A stretch of DNA of 64,000 nucleotides from an uncultured archaeon (GCA_964347045.1 CAYFXC010000007.1:23853-87852); one strand, 5' to 3'; counted from the stretch's first letter, positions 48,107 through 57,080 are shown. Numbers and translations: made by a program. Notes: generated by a model from the letters alone, not told the origin.

Positions 48107-48230
48107 ACACTTCACCCCAAGCAACTGAGACCTAATTCTCAACTCCATGGAGCTATCACAAGCACCTCCGTAAGCTTTTATAAGGGTTAAATTGGATATC
48201 CCTTATCACCATAATTCTATGAGGTAAATA

Positions 48231-48539
48231 ATGTCAGAAATTTGTCCTATTTGCAGTTTGCCTAAAGATATTTGTCGCTGCCAAGAATTGGCGAAGACAG
48301 AGCAGCGAATAAAAGTAAGCGTCGAGAGACGAAAATGGGGACGGGAAGTTACTCTCATTGAGGGTATAAACAGCCGAGAAATTTCACTTTCCGAACTTGT
48401 CACTAAACTCAAGATGAGATGTGCATGCGGAGGTAGTGCAAAAGAAGGTGTCATTGTTTTGCAAGGAGATCACCGCCACAACATCAAGAACATTCTTAGT
48501 GATCTCGGATTCCCCTCCGATAACATCGACGTTGCTTAA
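48231..48539 (+). CDS. sui1: Translation initiation factor aIF1 (SUI1)
   Basis: CPICSLP..C.C, RKWGREVT.IEG, LK..CACGG, LQGDH. Confidence 0.95.
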   Translation: MSEICPICSLPKDICRCQELAKTEQRIKVSVERRKWGREVTLIEGINSREISLSELVTKLKMRCACGGSAKEGVIVLQGDHRHNIKNILSDLGFPSDNIDVA

Positions 48540-48636
48540 CGCTAATCAGCTTCAGACTTGTCAATACAAGGCTTTGGATAGCCCATTGGTAGACAAATAG
48601 CAGATGCAGAGGGGGTTATACCTTCTAAATATAAGA

Positions 48637-48649
48637 GGAAAGCTTTTTG
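48637..48649 (+). promoter_or_regulatory. BRE/TATA-like promoter of tRNA-His
   Basis: GGAAAGCTTTTTG matches the GAAA-n-TTT(A/T) elements upstream of other genes in the window (e.g. near 23446, 26946, 48170). Confidence 0.4.
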
Positions 48650-48691
48650 TGGGAGGGCTTGGTTCAACATTTCTTCGTGCCGGGGCACCGT

Positions 48692-48846
48692 GCCGGGATT
48701 ATGTTGGTAAGTATTTACCAGCTCCCGAAGGTGTAAACTGGTAATTACCCAGGCGCAATGGTAGCATTGAAGCCTGTGGAACCCTATCCTCATGGATAGG
48801 ATGCTGAGAGCTTTAGGTCGGGGTTCGAATCCCTGTCCCGGCACCA
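48692..48846 (+). tRNA. tRNA-His(GUG) with three introns: 8/9 (48700-48729), 15/16 (48737-48758), 37/38 (48780-48808); A73, CCA encoded, no encoded G-1
   Basis: Acceptor GCCGGGA/TCCCGGC; T arm CGGGG-TTCGAAT-CCCTG; anticodon GTG at 48776-48778; the spliced product is a complete cloverleaf with an A15:U48 pair; lies immediately upstream of hisS. Confidence 0.85.
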
Positions 48847-48861
48847 TTTTTCACTATCAAC

Positions 48862-50397
48862 ATGAATAATAGAGAGAAGTACGAACATGAGTTGATGAAA
48901 ATGAAACGCGGAAAAGATCTAGCCGTTGGTGGATTTCGAGATTTCTACCCTGAACTTTATCAACGAATTGATAGAATACTTCAAGCCTTCCGTGAGACTC
49001 CTAAATTGTTTGGTTATATCGAATATGAGTGCCCAACAGTTGAACCACTAGAACTATATCAGTTGAAATCCGGACCATCACTCGTTGAAGAAACTTTCAA
49101 AGTCACAGATCGCAAAGACCGGCAGCTTGTATTGCGTCCAGAAACAACACCCTCTCTTGCTAGGATGCTTGCCGCCCAACAGCAGTATTATCCACGCCCA
49201 ATACGGTGGTTTTCAATTTCGCGCGTATTTCGAGATGAAACCCAACAACGAGGGCGCGTTAAGGAATTTTGGCAATTGAATGTCGATATTTTAGGCACCG
49301 AAGATGTCGCCGCTGATGCCGAAGTTATCAACGTGCTCGCAGCAATCATTCTAAGCCTTGACTTCACACCAAAAGATTTCGTTATTCGGATCAATGACCG
49401 GCGCTTAATCCAAAGTTTCATCGAATCATTGAAACTTACCAATTACACAGAGATTATACGAGTCTTAGACCGGCGCGAAAAACTCTTACAAGAATCCATT
49501 GTTGACCGGCTCACAAAAATCGGTACCCCAGCAAAAAAAGCGGACCAAATTGCCCTCAAACTTCGTCATTTCTATATTGGAAAACAAAAAGCCGAACCAA
49601 AACTTCCAGCTTCTAAAGAAATTACAGAATTGAAAAAAAGTCTTCCACAACTTCAACGTCAGGCACTTATCAATGCACTTCGAAAAACGGGTATTACTCA
49701 ACAGGCAGCAGAACGACTCACTGATTTTTCTGCAATTCGAGGAACACCAAAAGATTTCCTTAAGGCCATGGATGACATAAAACTTGACAAATCAACTCAA
49801 CGAACCTTAGGCCCTCTTAGGCAACTCGCTATGCAATTGAATGACTTAGGAATAACAGATGTCTGTGAATTTGATGCAGGAATAGCCCGGGGGCTTGATT
49901 ATTACACGGGCATCGTCTTTGAAGCTTGGGACCGCCGTACGGGATTACCTCGAGCAATTGCAGGAGGAGGTCGCTATGATGATCTTGTCGGCATTTTTGA
50001 AGGACAACGACTGCCAGGGACTGGATTCGGTTTTGGTGAGACTGTAATTTTGGAACTTGCTGAAGAAATGAACTTGCTTCCACCCCCAGAACCACCCGCT
50101 GAAATCTATTTAGCTCCGGTCTCAAAGAAACAACTAAGCAGTTGTCGAGAAGTCGCCTCACTCCTCCGAGCAGCGGGAATAAGGACACTTTTCAATGGTT
50201 TTTCATGGTCACTAACCAAACATCTTGAGGATGCCAGTAAACGTCAGATCCCATTTGTTGCTATCATTGGACCTCAAGAACTTGCCAAAAAGGTCGCTAA
50301 TGTCCGTGATATGAAGACTGGTAAAGAGCAGTCAGTTAAGATCACAAAATTAGCAGATTTCATTCAAGAAAAGCTTCAAAAAAGAACCAAATCTTGA
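48862..50397 (+). CDS. hisS: Histidyl-tRNA synthetase
   Basis: GFRDF.P, LRPETTP, RGLDYYTG, GGGRYDDL, anticodon-binding C-domain; start may be a little further downstream. Confidence 0.96.
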   Translation: MNNREKYEHELMKMKRGKDLAVGGFRDFYPELYQRIDRILQAFRETPKLFGYIEYECPTVEPLELYQLKSGPSLVEETFKVTDRKDRQLVLRPETTPSLARMLAAQQQYYPRPIRWFSISRVFRDETQQRGRVKEFWQLNVDILGTEDVAADAEVINVLAAIILSLDFTPKDFVIRINDRRLIQSFIESLKLTNYTEIIRVLDRREKLLQESIVDRLTKIGTPAKKADQIALKLRHFYIGKQKAEPKLPASKEITELKKSLPQLQRQALINALRKTGITQQAAERLTDFSAIRGTPKDFLKAMDDIKLDKSTQRTLGPLRQLAMQLNDLGITDVCEFDAGIARGLDYYTGIVFEAWDRRTGLPRAIAGGGRYDDLVGIFEGQRLPGTGFGFGETVILELAEEMNLLPPPEPPAEIYLAPVSKKQLSSCREVASLLRAAGIRTLFNGFSWSLTKHLEDASKRQIPFVAIIGPQELAKKVANVRDMKTGKEQSVKITKLADFIQEKLQKRTKS

Positions 50398-50428
50398 CCC
50401 ATCAAGGAATCTTAATTGAATATTTACC

Positions 50429-51016
50429 TTGATAAATAGAAGTGCTTTAATAGTCGTAGGATATTTTATCCTACAAATACGTTTAGGGCGATTAACTCTG
50501 AAAAAACAGGCTATTTATGGAGTCCTTCTTCTTTCGCTGATTTTCCTCATAACCAACACCACAACGGCCAACACTTCATCTAGTAGCTTTGAAACCTATG
50601 AATGGGTTGCTTCAAATCTAGAGCAAACCATCGATTATGGTAACTCAACACAAACTGTATTTTCAAACCTAAGTGGAATAACTGCCTTTGATATTCTTAA
50701 CCAAACTACATTAGTAACCTTCATTCAATTTGCATATGGCAAATTCATCCAATCAATAAATGGTGTTGAAAACAACGCCGATAACAACGGGTACTATTGG
50801 CAATACTGGGTGAACGATTACCTCGCTCCCGTTGCTGCCGATAATTATGTCCTCTCTGATGGTGATCATGTATTATGGAAATATTGTGCGCCTGAACACA
50901 CCACAACACCATCACCCACTATTAATCCGGAGCTCATTGTAGTTTTCGGAATAATTGGAGCTATAGGGGTAATCGTCCTCATCGCATCAATTTGGGCTTA
51001 TATCAAACTGCGGTGA
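50429..51016 (+). CDS. DUF4430 (transcobalamin-like C-terminal domain) surface protein with C-terminal TM
   Basis: YGKFIQSINGV, YWQYWVN, VAADNYVLSDGD; signal-like N-terminus; start uncertain. Confidence 0.8.
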   Translation: MINRSALIVVGYFILQIRLGRLTLKKQAIYGVLLLSLIFLITNTTTANTSSSSFETYEWVASNLEQTIDYGNSTQTVFSNLSGITAFDILNQTTLVTFIQFAYGKFIQSINGVENNADNNGYYWQYWVNDYLAPVAADNYVLSDGDHVLWKYCAPEHTTTPSPTINPELIVVFGIIGAIGVIVLIASIWAYIKLR

Positions 51017-51024
51017 CCTAAGAA

Positions 51025-51747
51025 TTGCGAATAAAATCAATCGTAGTATTAAGTTGCATTTTACTCTTGTCAACAGTCCTGCTTAGCGCTCAACCAACAA
51101 CGGCCCAATCCCAAGCATACGCTCATGGATTACAACCGGATGCTTTTACTTCACCAAAACTTCATTGGTTAATAACAAATGTTACAAATGAAGTTGTGGA
51201 ATTCGGGTTTGGTTCAGGTACATATTGGAAGACCCGAGCAGGCCAAGAAATTACCTTTGAAATTCATAAAATCGAGAATAATGAACTCCATGGATTTCTT
51301 ACTATCGGTAATCTTACAGTTCCAGCTAATGATTCGCGTATCGCTTCTGAACTTGTATTTAGCATCTGGCCCTGGTTCCCGGGGTTAGTCTCGCATCTTG
51401 AATGGGATACTGTTGATCAAGCTGCGATCAATGCAGCATCGAGTTTCTTCATGAATGGGAGCTTAGAAATTCTAACAACTACCACAACGAGAGCGTATGT
51501 TTACCACCAAGGTCCCTGGGGAAACCAGAACACTACCTTGATTTATGATTTGAGCACTGGAATTTTACTAGCAGGCTACACAGAGTTCTTCTTCTTAAAT
51601 GATTACCACTTAGGCATTGAATTTGTTATGCCTACAAGGAGCTCGACAAATCTGACAACTTTGCTGTTTTTTGCGACATTTGTAATCACCCTAATCATTG
51701 TTGCGTTAAGTGTCATCATTGCACGTCGAACACCCCAATGGAATTGA
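51025..51747 (+). CDS. Secreted/surface protein with C-terminal TM anchor
   Basis: Signal peptide, YDLSTGILL motif, terminal hydrophobic helix followed by RR. Confidence 0.7.
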   Translation: MRIKSIVVLSCILLLSTVLLSAQPTTAQSQAYAHGLQPDAFTSPKLHWLITNVTNEVVEFGFGSGTYWKTRAGQEITFEIHKIENNELHGFLTIGNLTVPANDSRIASELVFSIWPWFPGLVSHLEWDTVDQAAINAASSFFMNGSLEILTTTTTRAYVYHQGPWGNQNTTLIYDLSTGILLAGYTEFFFLNDYHLGIEFVMPTRSSTNLTTLLFFATFVITLIIVALSVIIARRTPQWN

Positions 51748-52370
51748 TTACCGTGAATGGTACTGGAAGAAAGTTGTCCACCCCTAAAAGTCCAGTAGCA
51801 ACCCGAGTTGCACTCATTGCAATATTCGCAGCCTTGGCTATCGGAGGAAATTATGCTCTTTTCGCACTTCCAAACGTTGAACTCTCATCAGTCATGGTAT
51901 TTCTGAGCGGATTTCTTTTTGGTCCAATTATTGGAGCCCTCGTAGGTTTCATTGCCATGGTCATCTATCAATTATGGAATCCCTGGGGGGCTTTTATCCC
52001 TCCTATTGGATTGGCAGTAATTGGATGCACTATTTTCATTGGAATTGTGGGAGGAATCGTGGGAAAAGCCCTACAGCGACTCGATTATCCGGATATTCGA
52101 TGGTTTTGGATACCAGCAATGTTCGGTCTACTTTTGACTCTCTTTTTTGATTTGGTAACTACTCTTGCTTATAGCCTTACTTTCAGCATACCATTCATCG
52201 TATCTTTCATTATGGGATTACCCTTTACGCTGATTCACATAGCCAGTAATGCCATCCTTTTTGGATTAATCACCCAACCAGTGACACAAGCAGTGCATCA
52301 GTTACAGCTAAGCCAGGCTCAACTCCGTATACAAACATTGAAGATTAAAAAAGGAGAGCTTATTGTGTGA
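51738..52370 (+). CDS. ECF transporter S component (CbrT-like, possibly cobalamin)
   Basis: IAIFAAL, LPNVE, NPWG, IHIASN; next to a DUF4430 gene. Confidence 0.78.
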   Translation: MELITVNGTGRKLSTPKSPVATRVALIAIFAALAIGGNYALFALPNVELSSVMVFLSGFLFGPIIGALVGFIAMVIYQLWNPWGAFIPPIGLAVIGCTIFIGIVGGIVGKALQRLDYPDIRWFWIPAMFGLLLTLFFDLVTTLAYSLTFSIPFIVSFIMGLPFTLIHIASNAILFGLITQPVTQAVHQLQLSQAQLRIQTLKIKKGELIV

Positions 52371-52376
52371 AGTGTA

Positions 52377-53012
52377 TTGAGGGAGAGGAATTCTGTGGAG
52401 CTCACTACCCTTTTAGACAAAACCAATCATCAAGGCCCTCCAACTCAATATCATCTTTGGCATCTTATTGCCGCATTCTACTTTTTTTGCCAAAGTAAAG
52501 CTCCTATTGGTCGATATAAACTAGGTTCAGAACTCAAACTCGGTGGCGGAAGCATACGGTCTCTCATCCGATTTCTTCGAAAGCTGGACTTAATTGAGCC
52601 TATTCAGCGTGAGGGTCATCAGCTCTCCCCTAACGGGAAACGCCATTGCAAGGCGCTCAATCACGTCATAATAAAATTTGTTGAGCTTCCACGGAGCAGT
52701 TACACCGTTGATATTTACAATTATGGTTGTCAACTGCGTCAGCTCGCTCAGTTTGTCACTGATGGTGTTCAACAAAGAGACGCAGCTATGCAAGCGGGAG
52801 CTAGTGGTGCAACAACATTCATCCAAGATCTAAATCAAGACACGCTCATCATGGCAAAAGATCATAGAATTCAGAAAAGTGAGCTCGCTATCGTCATCGA
52901 CCCTTTTAACATCGAAGTTGGCGATGTTCTAATCATTGGTTCTGGTTCAAGCAAAACCTCTGCTCAAATGGGCACTTTTGCAGCAGTTCTCACTTTAATT
53001 AGGAAAAAATAG
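52377..53012 (+). CDS. Winged-helix protein with DUF4443-type C-terminal domain
   Basis: PIGRYKL..EL.LGGGSIR, GVQQRDAAM.AGA.GATT, GDVLIIG. Confidence 0.78.
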   Translation: MRERNSVELTTLLDKTNHQGPPTQYHLWHLIAAFYFFCQSKAPIGRYKLGSELKLGGGSIRSLIRFLRKLDLIEPIQREGHQLSPNGKRHCKALNHVIIKFVELPRSSYTVDIYNYGCQLRQLAQFVTDGVQQRDAAMQAGASGATTFIQDLNQDTLIMAKDHRIQKSELAIVIDPFNIEVGDVLIIGSGSSKTSAQMGTFAAVLTLIRKK

Positions 53013-53017
53013 GGAAT

Positions 53018-53575
53018 CTAAGGCGCCGCCCTGTTAAGAATTAGTCTTGACAGTTCAGAGAATGCATAATCAACATTTGTATCATCTTTCGCACTTGTTT
53101 CAACGAATACCAATGAATTTTCTTCTGCTTTTTTCATTCCTTCTCCTGACTTCACTTTTTCTGATAGATCGGATTTATTGGCGACAAGAACTAATGGAAC
53201 ATCACCACAGGCTCGTTTGACCTCATTAAGCCAGTAATCAACTCGGTTAAACGATTCTGGATTAGACCGATCATATACCAGAAGAACACCCTTAGCTCCA
53301 CGATAATAGAGCTGGCGAATTGGACCAAATCGTTCTTGACCCCCTGTATCCCACACCTGCATGCGAAGAACATCTTCACCAACGACAATATCCTTTACAT
53401 GGAAGGCAACACCAATGGTTAGGATATATGTGGGATTGAAGATGCCTTTGACATAACGGACGAGAAGACTTGTTTTGCCGACTGCTGCATCACCGACGAC
53501 AACAGCTTTGGCAATGTGGGTATACGGGCGTTTTGTAGCAATAGGTTGGGTGGTACTTTCGGTGGGGTTGCTCAT
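53018..53575 (-). CDS. Rab-like small GTPase
   Basis: G1 GDAAVGKT, G2 T, G3 WDTGGQERF, G4 NKSD, G5 ETSAK; RabF-like IGVAF, YYRGA, LVYD. Confidence 0.93.
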   Translation of the reverse strand: MSNPTESTTQPIATKRPYTHIAKAVVVGDAAVGKTSLLVRYVKGIFNPTYILTIGVAFHVKDIVVGEDVLRMQVWDTGGQERFGPIRQLYYRGAKGVLLVYDRSNPESFNRVDYWLNEVKRACGDVPLVLVANKSDLSEKVKSGEGMKKAEENSLVFVETSAKDDTNVDYAFSELSRLILNRAAP

Positions 53576-54393
53576 AGGATTTCCATCACAATTTTTTCAG
53601 TTAGGGAATAGGTTTTCAGACGGCCTTGTTCAGTACGGATGAGCGGACTAATATGCTCAAAGACAAGAGATCGGTAGGTTTGCTTGGGCATAGTTTTTCG
53701 TGTAAGTATTAATAGTTCATGAAAAATCTGAAAGAGAACATTCCGAAATCTTGGATATTTGATTAGCTGGGGATCAATTGACTCATATGTGACTACACCA
53801 GTTTCATCGATGTAAATGCCCACCAAGGGAGGGATTTTCTCCATATTCGTTTTGAAGATGTCTTGGATTTCAGTGTTGTAAGTACGGCGTGAGACACCTG
53901 TAAGAAATCGTTGGAGAATAGTATTGAAAAATAGAGTGAACACTTCGAAGACGTCCATAACCTTCGCAGCTGATATTGTGGTTTCACCCATCCACCAAGT
54001 AAGAACTAGATCATCAATGAACTCATCAAAGCTTTTGAAGAGTTTTGTATCAGTGGTCCCATCTTCATGGAGCTCATTAAGTTGTTCTTGATACATTGTT
54101 ACGAATTGTTTGTTGAGAAGTCCTAGATATTTCCGGAAGCGTGAAGCGCTCTCACTTACATCGGTAATGAAAACAAGTAGTAAACCGTTTTCCTCATCTA
54201 TTTGAAAGAAGAATCGTCGATCTTTCATATTTACAACATTTACGTGTTGAGCTGCAACCTGTTGTGCCATATGTTCCATGCTTGCTAGAAATCCAGAAAG
54301 GAGGGCACTGTCGACATCAGATTGCGTCCACTTTCGACTATAAAGAGGAAAACCTTCGCGTAATCCGACAACATAGAAACTGTGTACTGTCAA
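53572..54393 (-). CDS. Longin-like domain protein
   Basis: FYVV..EGFPLYSR, DSALLSGFLASM..., LLVFITD, L......F...Y; stop overlaps the GTPase start. Confidence 0.7.
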   Translation of the reverse strand: MTVHSFYVVGLREGFPLYSRKWTQSDVDSALLSGFLASMEHMAQQVAAQHVNVVNMKDRRFFFQIDEENGLLLVFITDVSESASRFRKYLGLLNKQFVTMYQEQLNELHEDGTTDTKLFKSFDEFIDDLVLTWWMGETTISAAKVMDVFEVFTLFFNTILQRFLTGVSRRTYNTEIQDIFKTNMEKIPPLVGIYIDETGVVTYESIDPQLIKYPRFRNVLFQIFHELLILTRKTMPKQTYRSLVFEHISPLIRTEQGRLKTYSLTEKIVMEIL

Positions 54394-54567
54394 TGCCCTA
54401 GGACCTCTTCAATTTCCCGACCTGTACGAGCGGGTTCAAGTTTCCTCCCAGCACCGCGTTACTAAAGTATTTTGCTCATCACGAATTCAAGCCTCTGTTT
54501 TTCTGGAATTTTGTTGCTGAGGAAAGCTGAATAAGAGAAATGTTTCAATTCCAATGGGTTTGTTTTG

Positions 54568-56325
54568 ATGTCTGTGTCACAGATTGAAAACATAGAATTT
54601 TCCCAATCAAATCGCAATCAACGCCTCCAAGAACTCAAGAACACAATCTGGGACATTCTCATTATCGGAGGGGGCATAAATGGTGCCGGAGTGGCTCTTG
54701 AAGCAGCTTACCGTGGTCTGAAAGTCGCCCTCCTCGAGCAAAACGACTTTGCATTTGGAACATCCAGTCGATCCACAAAACTCGCCCATGGTGGCTTCCG
54801 ATATATTGCGCAACGAGAATTTCGTCTTTTACGAGAAGCAACTACTGAAAGGAACTGGCTTCGAGACAAAGGACTACCCCACCTAACACGCCCGACCCGA
54901 TTTCTTTATCCAATCCTGTCAGCAGGGAAAAAGAATGATATGGAGTTACCAAAAAGCATGGGGTATCTAACCGTCAGATTTGGAGCTTTCTTATATGATC
55001 TTCTTAGTGGTTTTGGTAGCTATGTGAGAGGAAAAGGCATCAAAAATGTGGAAACAATTAAGGAACTTGAACCTCTCTTAGACGCCTCCCGACTTAAAGG
55101 GGCTGTTTCTTGGTATGATTCAAACATAGATGATGCACGTTTGGTAATTGAAACTCTCAAAGAAGCATTATGGACAAACAAAGCACTTCCCATGAATTAT
55201 CTACGCGTAACAGGATTTACCCATGACTCCAATGGACGAATAAATGGCGTTGAAGCCGTTGACGTTAGTTCTTCTAAGCCAGCTAAATTACATGTTCGAG
55301 GAAAGGTAGTAATCAACACAACCGGCGTTTGGGCAGATGAGCTTCTAGCTCTGGATGGAGGGCAAGAAAACAAAATTCTTCGTCCAACAAAGGGTGTTCA
55401 TCTGAGCTATCATCGAAAGGATTTTCCAATTAATGACACAATCGCAATTAACTCCATTGATGATCGCCGTTTCTTCTTTGCTATCCGGCGAAACGAATGG
55501 GTATTAGTAGGCACAACGGACACTGACTATTCAGGAAACCCAGCAGAGGTTTATTGCACTCGCGAGGATGCGGATTATCTTCGGAATACAATCAGAGTTT
55601 TATTTCCTGAAGCTAGGGTTGAAGATGAAAATATCCAGGGAACCTATGCTGGACTTCGACCCTTGGTGGCAGAAAGTGGTAAAGCCGAAAGTGAAGTTTC
55701 TCGAAAGCATACCGTGCTAAATCGAGAAGATGGGCTTTATAGCCTCATTGGAGGCAAATTAACTTCATTCCGGAAAATGGCAGAGGACCTGTTCCTGAAC
55801 CATCTCCGAAAGACCCGAGCTGTTCATAATTTACCAAAGTTTTCAAGAAAGAGGAACCTCACAAAAATAGCCTACGCCATTACAATCACAAAAAAGGAAT
55901 GGGAAGCACGGCCTGAAGTGGCAAAATCTACGCTCAACCCATTCATCCTCCGGCATCTCTATCAAAAATATGGACGTGGAGGAATCATTATTCTTCAAAA
56001 AACTAAGGACCAGCCAGAACTAGCCAACCGCATACTGGATGTCCCAGAATACCCAATAGAAGTAGCACCATGGATTGAAGCAGAAGTAGATTACGTTGTT
56101 CAGCATGAAGCCCCACTTCATATAGAAGATGTTCTTTCCCGACGCATGGAAGCATCATGGTTAATTCGACCGGAATTCCAAGGCAAAATTGCAACTGTGG
56201 TTGCAAATCGAATGGGAACAATTCTTGGTTGGACACCAAAAACTATGCATAAAGAAGTTGCAGACTATTTGGAGTACATCCAAAAGAATAGTTTCTTTTT
56301 TAGTGGAAAAATTCCAATGCCATGA
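54568..56325 (+). CDS. glpD: FAD-dependent glycerol-3-phosphate dehydrogenase/oxidase
   Basis: IIGGGINGAG, GTSSRSTKLAHGG.RY, DDARL, GTTD, AGLRPL, GGKLT. Confidence 0.9.
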   Translation: MSVSQIENIEFSQSNRNQRLQELKNTIWDILIIGGGINGAGVALEAAYRGLKVALLEQNDFAFGTSSRSTKLAHGGFRYIAQREFRLLREATTERNWLRDKGLPHLTRPTRFLYPILSAGKKNDMELPKSMGYLTVRFGAFLYDLLSGFGSYVRGKGIKNVETIKELEPLLDASRLKGAVSWYDSNIDDARLVIETLKEALWTNKALPMNYLRVTGFTHDSNGRINGVEAVDVSSSKPAKLHVRGKVVINTTGVWADELLALDGGQENKILRPTKGVHLSYHRKDFPINDTIAINSIDDRRFFFAIRRNEWVLVGTTDTDYSGNPAEVYCTREDADYLRNTIRVLFPEARVEDENIQGTYAGLRPLVAESGKAESEVSRKHTVLNREDGLYSLIGGKLTSFRKMAEDLFLNHLRKTRAVHNLPKFSRKRNLTKIAYAITITKKEWEARPEVAKSTLNPFILRHLYQKYGRGGIIILQKTKDQPELANRILDVPEYPIEVAPWIEAEVDYVVQHEAPLHIEDVLSRRMEASWLIRPEFQGKIATVVANRMGTILGWTPKTMHKEVADYLEYIQKNSFFFSGKIPMP

Positions 56326-56408
56326 TATCGCAAACAAAAAACACCCTTTTTTTAAACCCCACAACTTTTTGAGGTTATTGTAACGAGCTAGACGGGAGCG
56401 TTACATTA

Positions 56409-56996
56409 ATGACAGCACGTTCGTTATTTCGCACAGACAGATTATGGGTTCTCATTACAATAATCTTGTTTATTTTTGCATTTATTGCACATAGCGGGAT
56501 TCAACTCACAGGCGGATATAGTGCTGGCTCCTATCTCGATATGATTCCCCATTTTCTCTTCGGAGCGGCAATTTGCGCATTTTTCCTTAGCTTCAACTTG
56601 ACCCGATCTTGGAAAAAAGCCCTCCCCCTTGTTCCCCCGCTTCTCTTGATTATCCTTCCAGCGATTTTATACACTTTGGCAACAGCTTTTGCGTGGGAAA
56701 TCTTTGAAGAATTCTTATCTATCTTCTTTCCTTGGCTAGGTATTTATTCTAACTTTTGGTGGAATGGCGTCCGTGACATCATTATGGGTTTGCTCGGGGC
56801 TACGCTCACGGCTGGGCTATACCTTTGGCATTTCCCTGTCATTGAAACAGAACACGATGTTTTAGACCACACCGGGCGGAAAACGCGTGAAATAGGTTAT
56901 ATTCCAGGAAAAGTATCAATGCACCATTGTGAGAACTGTGGATCAGTAATAGAACCAGGTTCAAGGCACTGTTCTAATTGCGGGCATAAACTCTAA
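56409..56996 (+). CDS. Membrane protein (D..H / WE..E / D pattern, DUF2238/VanZ-like) with C-terminal zinc ribbon
   Basis: DMIPHFLFG, AWEIFE, RDIIMG; CENCG...CSNCG. Confidence 0.7.
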   Translation: MTARSLFRTDRLWVLITIILFIFAFIAHSGIQLTGGYSAGSYLDMIPHFLFGAAICAFFLSFNLTRSWKKALPLVPPLLLIILPAILYTLATAFAWEIFEEFLSIFFPWLGIYSNFWWNGVRDIIMGLLGATLTAGLYLWHFPVIETEHDVLDHTGRKTREIGYIPGKVSMHHCENCGSVIEPGSRHCSNCGHKL

Positions 56997-57080
56997 TTTG
57001 CTTGGGTCCGCTGAGTTATTAGGGGGAACATAAGATATTCAAGGTACAATCGTATATGAGGGCAGGACTTGGTGAGAATT

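Noticed and set aside
48679-48846. Alternative readings of the tRNA (start at 48679, or Phe/Leu identity)
   Set aside because: Only a start at 48692 with three BHB excisions gives U8, a D stem, an A15:U48 pair and a 7-nt GUG loop; the adjacent hisS supports His
48542-48847. 101-aa minus-strand ORF
   Set aside because: Antisense to tRNA-His; VPGQGFEP is the typical translation of a reverse T-arm
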